Shown here: positions 16,012-20,000 of the stretch, piece after piece
How the letters are laid out: every line of letters starts with the position of its first letter
Position numbering within the stretch: position 1 is the stretch's first letter
Origin: an uncultured virus (IMG/VR IMGVR_UViG_3300042898_003498)
Taxonomy: Duplodnaviria > Heunggongvirae > Uroviricota > Caudoviricetes
DNA length: 20,000 nt
IMG/VR virus record: IMGVR_UViG_3300042898_003498
Strand: one strand, 5' to 3'
Notes under the pieces: generated by a model
What the model was told of the DNA's origin: nothing
Seen by the model: the letters and a program-made list of their open reading frames with translations, nothing else
Database searches by the model: none
Translations under genes and position numbers: made by a program

Positions 16012-16452
16012 TTACTCAGCTGTGATCTTCAATTGACGCGGTTTCAACGCTTCGGGAACAACACGAGTTAGAGGAATAGTTAAAACACCATTCTTGATCT
16101 TACCTTCTCCTACTTCCATGTGCTCTGCAAGAGTCCATGTACGAGTGAAGTCGCGTGTAGCAAGGCTACGATGCAAGTATTGTGTATCTGAGTCATCGTC
16201 TTGAGCACGTTGGCCTTTGACGATTAATTGATTCTGATCGATTTCAACAGTAATTTCCTCTGGTGCAAATCCAGTAACAGCAACTTCGATCTCGTAAGAG
16301 TCTTCGCTGTGTTTTAGAATATTGTATGGAGGGTAACTGTTGTTAATTTGATTTGAAAAACGTTGTTCGAAGTTATCAAACAGGCTGTCAAATCCTAGAA
16401 GTGCTTTGTTTAAAGCGTTGGTATCGAATCGAACTAATTGATGATTTGTCAT
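16012..16452 (-). CDS. Small heat shock protein (Hsp20/IbpA-like)
   Basis: ATG 16452 with AAGGAG SD; SYPPYNI, EVAVTGF, YLHRSLATRDFTR, NGVLTI and KPRQLKI motifs. Confidence 0.93.
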   Translation of the reverse strand: MTNHQLVRFDTNALNKALLGFDSLFDNFEQRFSNQINNSYPPYNILKHSEDSYEIEVAVTGFAPEEITVEIDQNQLIVKGQRAQDDDSDTQYLHRSLATRDFTRTWTLAEHMEVGEGKIKNGVLTIPLTRVVPEALKPRQLKITAE

Positions 16453-16528
16453 AATTTTCTCCTTATTAAGTAAGACAATCTGGGCGCTATTGCCCTGTAC
16501 TAAACCTTTAAAGTATTCAGTACATATA

Positions 16529-16559
16529 TATTTATACACAGAATATCGATCTTTGTCAA
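16529..16559 (-). promoter_or_regulatory. Composite sigma70 + late promoter for hsp20
   Basis: TTGACA-N17-TATAAA, where the -10 is part of TATAAATA. Confidence 0.7.
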
Positions 16560-16563
16560 ATAT

Positions 16564-16836
16564 TTAATCTTCAACTTGATCTGCTTTTGGGGCATTATGA
16601 TCTAGATATTTTTCTTTATATGCAAGTTTTCCTGCTTCTGCATCGTACGGAGCAGCAGTAGATCTAATTTCAGTAAAGATAGGGTGCAACAATTTATCAG
16701 TTATTCTTTTGGACATTCGTTCTAATGTACTATCAATTGGATCACCTTCTGCAATACGTTGCATAGCCCAGCCGTGTTCATACATTTGAACACGCTTGCA
16801 CCATTCTTCGTAATTTTCACCTTCCTTCATTTTCAC
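16564..16836 (-). CDS. Small protein resembling the glutamyl-tRNA reductase (HemA) dimerisation domain
   Basis: E..WAMQRIAEGDPIDSTLERMSKRITDKLLHP resembles the HemA C-terminal E..RA..RL..G.D...VLE.LSR.LTNKLLH; start GTG 16836 or ATG 16830. Confidence 0.6.
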   Translation of the reverse strand: MKMKEGENYEEWCKRVQMYEHGWAMQRIAEGDPIDSTLERMSKRITDKLLHPIFTEIRSTAAPYDAEAGKLAYKEKYLDHNAPKADQVED

Positions 16837-17051
16837 GACAATGAACCTGTAATCTCAGCATTCCATCTCAAACACATAAGCAGTGCATCTTTAGGACTGT
16901 TAAAGTGAAATTCCATATAATCTACATTAGCAGACGTAGAAAATCTGTGTCCGGGCAAACCAAAATATTCAATTGCCCAGGCACAGACTTCGTTCCACAT
17001 ACTTTGGTTATCGTACTCACGACTCCAATGGATTCTAACAGTGGCGGTCAT
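16833..17051 (-). CDS. Hypothetical phage protein
   Basis: 4-nt overlaps with both neighbours; WNEVCAWAIEYFGLPG...F.F....DA....LRW pattern. Confidence 0.75.
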   Translation of the reverse strand: MTATVRIHWSREYDNQSMWNEVCAWAIEYFGLPGHRFSTSANVDYMEFHFNSPKDALLMCLRWNAEITGSLS

Positions 17052-17902
17052 ACTTCAATAATCTTAGTAATGTCCCAACCACTGTCTTCACAGTACCCGT
17101 CACTTTCGTAACCACGGGGGTTGCAGACAATGCGAGTTCCTCCTATGACATAGTCAAACGGATGATGTGTATGTCCGTGTGTCCATAGTTTGATCTGCGG
17201 ATGGTCCATAATGAATTCACTTAAATCACTACTGTAGGCACCGTTCATAAGATATTGAGATTTATACTGCTCGTGTGTGCTCATCTTGCTAGGTGCGTGA
17301 TGTCCGACAACTACACACTTCTTGTCCTTATTCTCACTGACAATGTGTTTGATGTATTGCAGTGTCTCACGATGACGAATAGCAGTATCAGCAGGCTTCA
17401 AAGGTGTATAACCTTTTTGATCGTTTTTAATGATGCGGAAGTCGTTCATCATATCACGAACAGAGTGAAGCGTTATAGGATCGCCTTTATTCATGTCAGT
17501 CCACAGTGTTCCGCCCACAAACACAACATCGTCGATAATCTTCATGTCTTTTTCCAAGAAATAGACATTTTCATGCTTGGCGCACTCATCACGCAGGTAC
17601 TGAATGCCCTTATAAAACCCGCCGTTGTAGAATTCGTGGTTGCCAGCAACATAGATCACGTGAGGGAACTGAAAAGCACACCGCTTCAGGAAATCACGAA
17701 AACGAGCAACTCGTTGTAACTTGCGACCAAGATCTGCCAATGCCCCGTTACTGTAAGGACTAAAATCTGCGGCATGATGATCGTGCAGATCCTGAGAGAT
17801 CATAATGTCTCCGGAAAGAATCAGCACATCTGCGCCTTCGTCATTTGGAATCGTAATGTCACTAAATTCCAAATGTAGATCTGATACAAGTTTGATTTTC
17901 AT
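17048..17902 (-). CDS. Calcineurin-like metallophosphoesterase
   Basis: SDLH, GD, GNHE, GHH and HGHTH motifs in canonical order. Confidence 0.92.
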   Translation of the reverse strand: MKIKLVSDLHLEFSDITIPNDEGADVLILSGDIMISQDLHDHHAADFSPYSNGALADLGRKLQRVARFRDFLKRCAFQFPHVIYVAGNHEFYNGGFYKGIQYLRDECAKHENVYFLEKDMKIIDDVVFVGGTLWTDMNKGDPITLHSVRDMMNDFRIIKNDQKGYTPLKPADTAIRHRETLQYIKHIVSENKDKKCVVVGHHAPSKMSTHEQYKSQYLMNGAYSSDLSEFIMDHPQIKLWTHGHTHHPFDYVIGGTRIVCNPRGYESDGYCEDSGWDITKIIEV

Positions 17903-17908
17903 AAGTAC

Positions 17909-17937
17909 ATTATACAGTATTTTATCTCTGTTGTCAA
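17909..17937 (-). promoter_or_regulatory. Perfect sigma70 promoter (early), likely leaderless transcript
   Basis: TTGACA-N17-TATAAT, with 6 nt between the -10 and ATG 17902. Confidence 0.8.
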
Positions 17938-17940
17938 GGT

Positions 17941-18360
17941 ATGAATAAAATTAAAAAAGCAATTTGGTTTAGTTTAGGAATGATATTATTAGGTGTAGCC
18001 TACATCGGCGTAGTAACTCCGGGAATCCCATGGAGTACTCCCACTGTTGGTGCTGCATATTGTTTTGCCAAAAGCAGCGAGCGATGGCATAACTGGATAA
18101 TGAATCATAAACTATTTGGACCGTTCTTACGAAACTGGAGTGAAAAAAGAGTATTTCCCACTACCGGAAAGTGGGCAATGATTATTACCATGGATATAAG
18201 TCTAATCATCCTTTGGATCACTACACAAAATTGGAAGCTGGTATTAGGAGTAGGAGTCGGAATGGCACTCTGTGCAATCTGGGCCTTGCGCTACCCTGGC
18301 AGTGTAGAAGAATATGAGAAAAGAAAAGCCGACGGTATTAAGGTCGGCTGGTTCAAATGA
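17941..18360 (+). CDS. YbaN/DUF454-family inner membrane protein
   Basis: LG...LG.AYIGVVTPGIP.ST....AAYCFAKSSERWHNWI.NHKLFGPFL.NW pattern. Confidence 0.88.
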   Translation: MNKIKKAIWFSLGMILLGVAYIGVVTPGIPWSTPTVGAAYCFAKSSERWHNWIMNHKLFGPFLRNWSEKRVFPTTGKWAMIITMDISLIILWITTQNWKLVLGVGVGMALCAIWALRYPGSVEEYEKRKADGIKVGWFK

Positions 18361-18368
18361 CACGTTAA

Positions 18369-19475
18369 TTAAAACGCATCCATATAGTTGTAGTACTTTT
18401 CTTTAACGCGGTTCAGTGTCACACGGTCACCTTCTGCGTTAATGAATACAAACTTACCAGACTGTGGGTCAATCTGCTTGAGATCTTCTTGACCAAAGCG
18501 AGCATCTTCCCAATTCCAATCTGCTTCAATAGCTTCTAATCCATTGAGTGCTGGTTCGCTAGTCTTTGCATCTTCAAAGACCTTGTAGTCAATGCTGACA
18601 CGATTGGTCAGTGGGTTACCTGTCCAGACCTCTTGCTCGATCAGTTCTGGGTCAATGTCCAGACCGTTGATCTGCAAGGCAACCTTGTACTTGCTGTCAC
18701 CACCAAATTCTGGCTTGGCGTTCAGCATACGCATTGCTTCGCTAGCAGACTCTTCGTATCGATTCATTTCTTCAACAAGTGCTTTCAGCATGTCAAAGTT
18801 AAACTGATCAAACATTGCCGCAACTCGGCACACACTGGCGATATGATCAACATTGTCTAGATTGTCGTTGCAGTACTCGATGATAAAGTCCTGCTCCAGA
18901 CCTTTGAAGTCCAATGAGTAGAAGATACGACCAGGACGGTTGCGCATGTGGCTATCAATGCGCCACTTGTCGTTGCAGGTCAGGATAAACAGCTTTTTGC
19001 TGGGATACACACCGTCCAGCAGAGTCAGCATCTTTTCTTGGTCATCCTTATCATATACCTTTTCGAACTCGTCGAACAGGATTACAGTGGGTTGTTCAAT
19101 CATCTGCATGAAAGCATTAAAGCCTTCACCGCACCATGGCTCGTTGATAACGATAGTTGGCACTCCGGCTTCTGCGGCGGTCACTGCCAACAGTTTGGCC
19201 AACAGTGTCTTGCCAGAACCTTTTTCACCAGTAAGCATTACACCAGTGGAGGCAGTGCGGTCATTGAAGGTGTTGAGAATACGCTGGCTCTGCTTGCGGG
19301 TATCTCCGTAGATCTTGCCGCGGATCTCGAATGATTCAATTTGTTCAAGATAGAAGCAACCGGCCATCTTGTCAAATTTAACAGTGTAGTTGCCAGCGGG
19401 CAGATGCTCATGCAGATCCATTGCTTCCTTAGTGGAAACATTAAACCGTGTGCCCGACTTCATGAAATATGTCAT
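18369..19475 (-). CDS. AAA+ ATPase
   Basis: Walker A GEKGSGKT, Walker B ILFDEFEK, LLDG, LTCN and NRPGRI arginine finger. Confidence 0.9.
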   Translation of the reverse strand: MTYFMKSGTRFNVSTKEAMDLHEHLPAGNYTVKFDKMAGCFYLEQIESFEIRGKIYGDTRKQSQRILNTFNDRTASTGVMLTGEKGSGKTLLAKLLAVTAAEAGVPTIVINEPWCGEGFNAFMQMIEQPTVILFDEFEKVYDKDDQEKMLTLLDGVYPSKKLFILTCNDKWRIDSHMRNRPGRIFYSLDFKGLEQDFIIEYCNDNLDNVDHIASVCRVAAMFDQFNFDMLKALVEEMNRYEESASEAMRMLNAKPEFGGDSKYKVALQINGLDIDPELIEQEVWTGNPLTNRVSIDYKVFEDAKTSEPALNGLEAIEADWNWEDARFGQEDLKQIDPQSGKFVFINAEGDRVTLNRVKEKYYNYMDAF

Positions 19476-19507
19476 AGTGTCTTTCAGTGTGTTGTTGCGA
19501 TAGATAA

Positions 19508-19536
19508 ATTATACAATAGTAACAAGGGGTTGTAAA
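19508..19536 (-). promoter_or_regulatory. sigma70-type promoter for the AAA ATPase gene
   Basis: TTTACA-N17-TATAAT. Confidence 0.7.
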
Positions 19537-19548
19537 GCCCCTTGTTAC
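19519..19548 (-). terminator. Hairpin after NAMPT (probable terminator)
   Basis: GTAACAAGGGG...CCCCTTGTTAC perfect 11-bp stem directly after the stop. Confidence 0.6.
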
Positions 19549-19551
19549 ATC

Positions 19552-20000
19552 TTACTTGCAAGCGTTAGCTCGAACTGTGGCAAAGTCAATTTCTTTGATC
19601 AACTTACCATTACGGTAGACTTCTTCCAATGCTTCAGTCCAACCGCCGATACCACGATCGGTCCAACCTGTGGGCTCAGTTACACCAGTGGCAAACTCAG
19701 CACCGCTGTTAGTCCAAAGTGTAACACGACCTGCTTTAGACTTCTTGCCAGGATCGGTAATTGGGTCTTTGACAACATCATGCCATTCAGTTTTCCAACC
19801 AGATCCAAGATCACCGTCTTCGACCCAAACATCACGACTCATTGCCGAACACTTCATAGCAAACTTCTGTGTATCGCGATCCACAATCTGTAGCAGTGCG
19901 CCGCCCATACCAAACGCAATGTTATCGGCACTCCAGCCCATAGCCATGAACGCACCAAGGATACTGCGAACAGTGAGTTCGTTGATACCGTCACCTTGGA
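19552..20000 (-). CDS. nadV: Nicotinamide phosphoribosyltransferase (NAMPT), C-terminal part
   Basis: The frame is open to the window end: QGDGINELTVRSIL...WSADNIAFGMGGALLQ..DRDTQKFAMKCS...KDPITDPGKKSKAGR. Confidence 0.92.
   Translation of the reverse strand, partial: QGDGINELTVRSILGAFMAMGWSADNIAFGMGGALLQIVDRDTQKFAMKCSAMSRDVWVEDGDLGSGWKTEWHDVVKDPITDPGKKSKAGRVTLWTNSGAEFATGVTEPTGWTDRGIGGWTEALEEVYRNGKLIKEIDFATVRANACK

Noticed and set aside
7281..16539. ORF-track starts at 7281, 12594 and 16539 (also 2068)
   Set aside because: Downstream ATGs (7242, 12582, 16452, 2104) fit SD and promoter positions and the expected N-termini better.
1..20000. CRISPR array, transposase, integrase, rRNA or alternative genetic code
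   Set aside because: No spaced direct repeats or such genes were seen, and ORFs are full length under the standard code.

Overview
This window looks like part of a large lytic dsDNA phage genome (T4-like/jumbo type), probably infecting a Gram-negative host. Genes are tightly packed and mostly on the minus strand, with both sigma70-type and T4-late-type (TATAAATA/TAAATA) promoters. From left to right it contains: (1) a glycosylation cluster (GT34-like, RmlC, GT9-like, GT-A-like); (2) two paralogous small membrane proteins followed by about 530 nt of non-coding sequence that folds into nested + strand stems, a candidate large ncRNA; (3) a curli/type VIII secretion-like locus (CsgF, CsgG, curlin, FecR-domain protein, discoidin-curlin fusion) linked to a CHASE2 class III adenylate cyclase, interrupted by three small basic late genes with capsid-targeting-like N-termini; (4) DUF3307 and a nuclease-like protein; (5) a tetrapyrrole/proteostasis block (bilin reductase, heme oxygenase, ClpS, Hsp20, stand-alone HemA-dimerisation-like domain, YbaN); (6) a metallophosphoesterase, an AAA+ ATPase and the 3' end of NAMPT. 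All family calls come from motif recognition by eye, not database searches.
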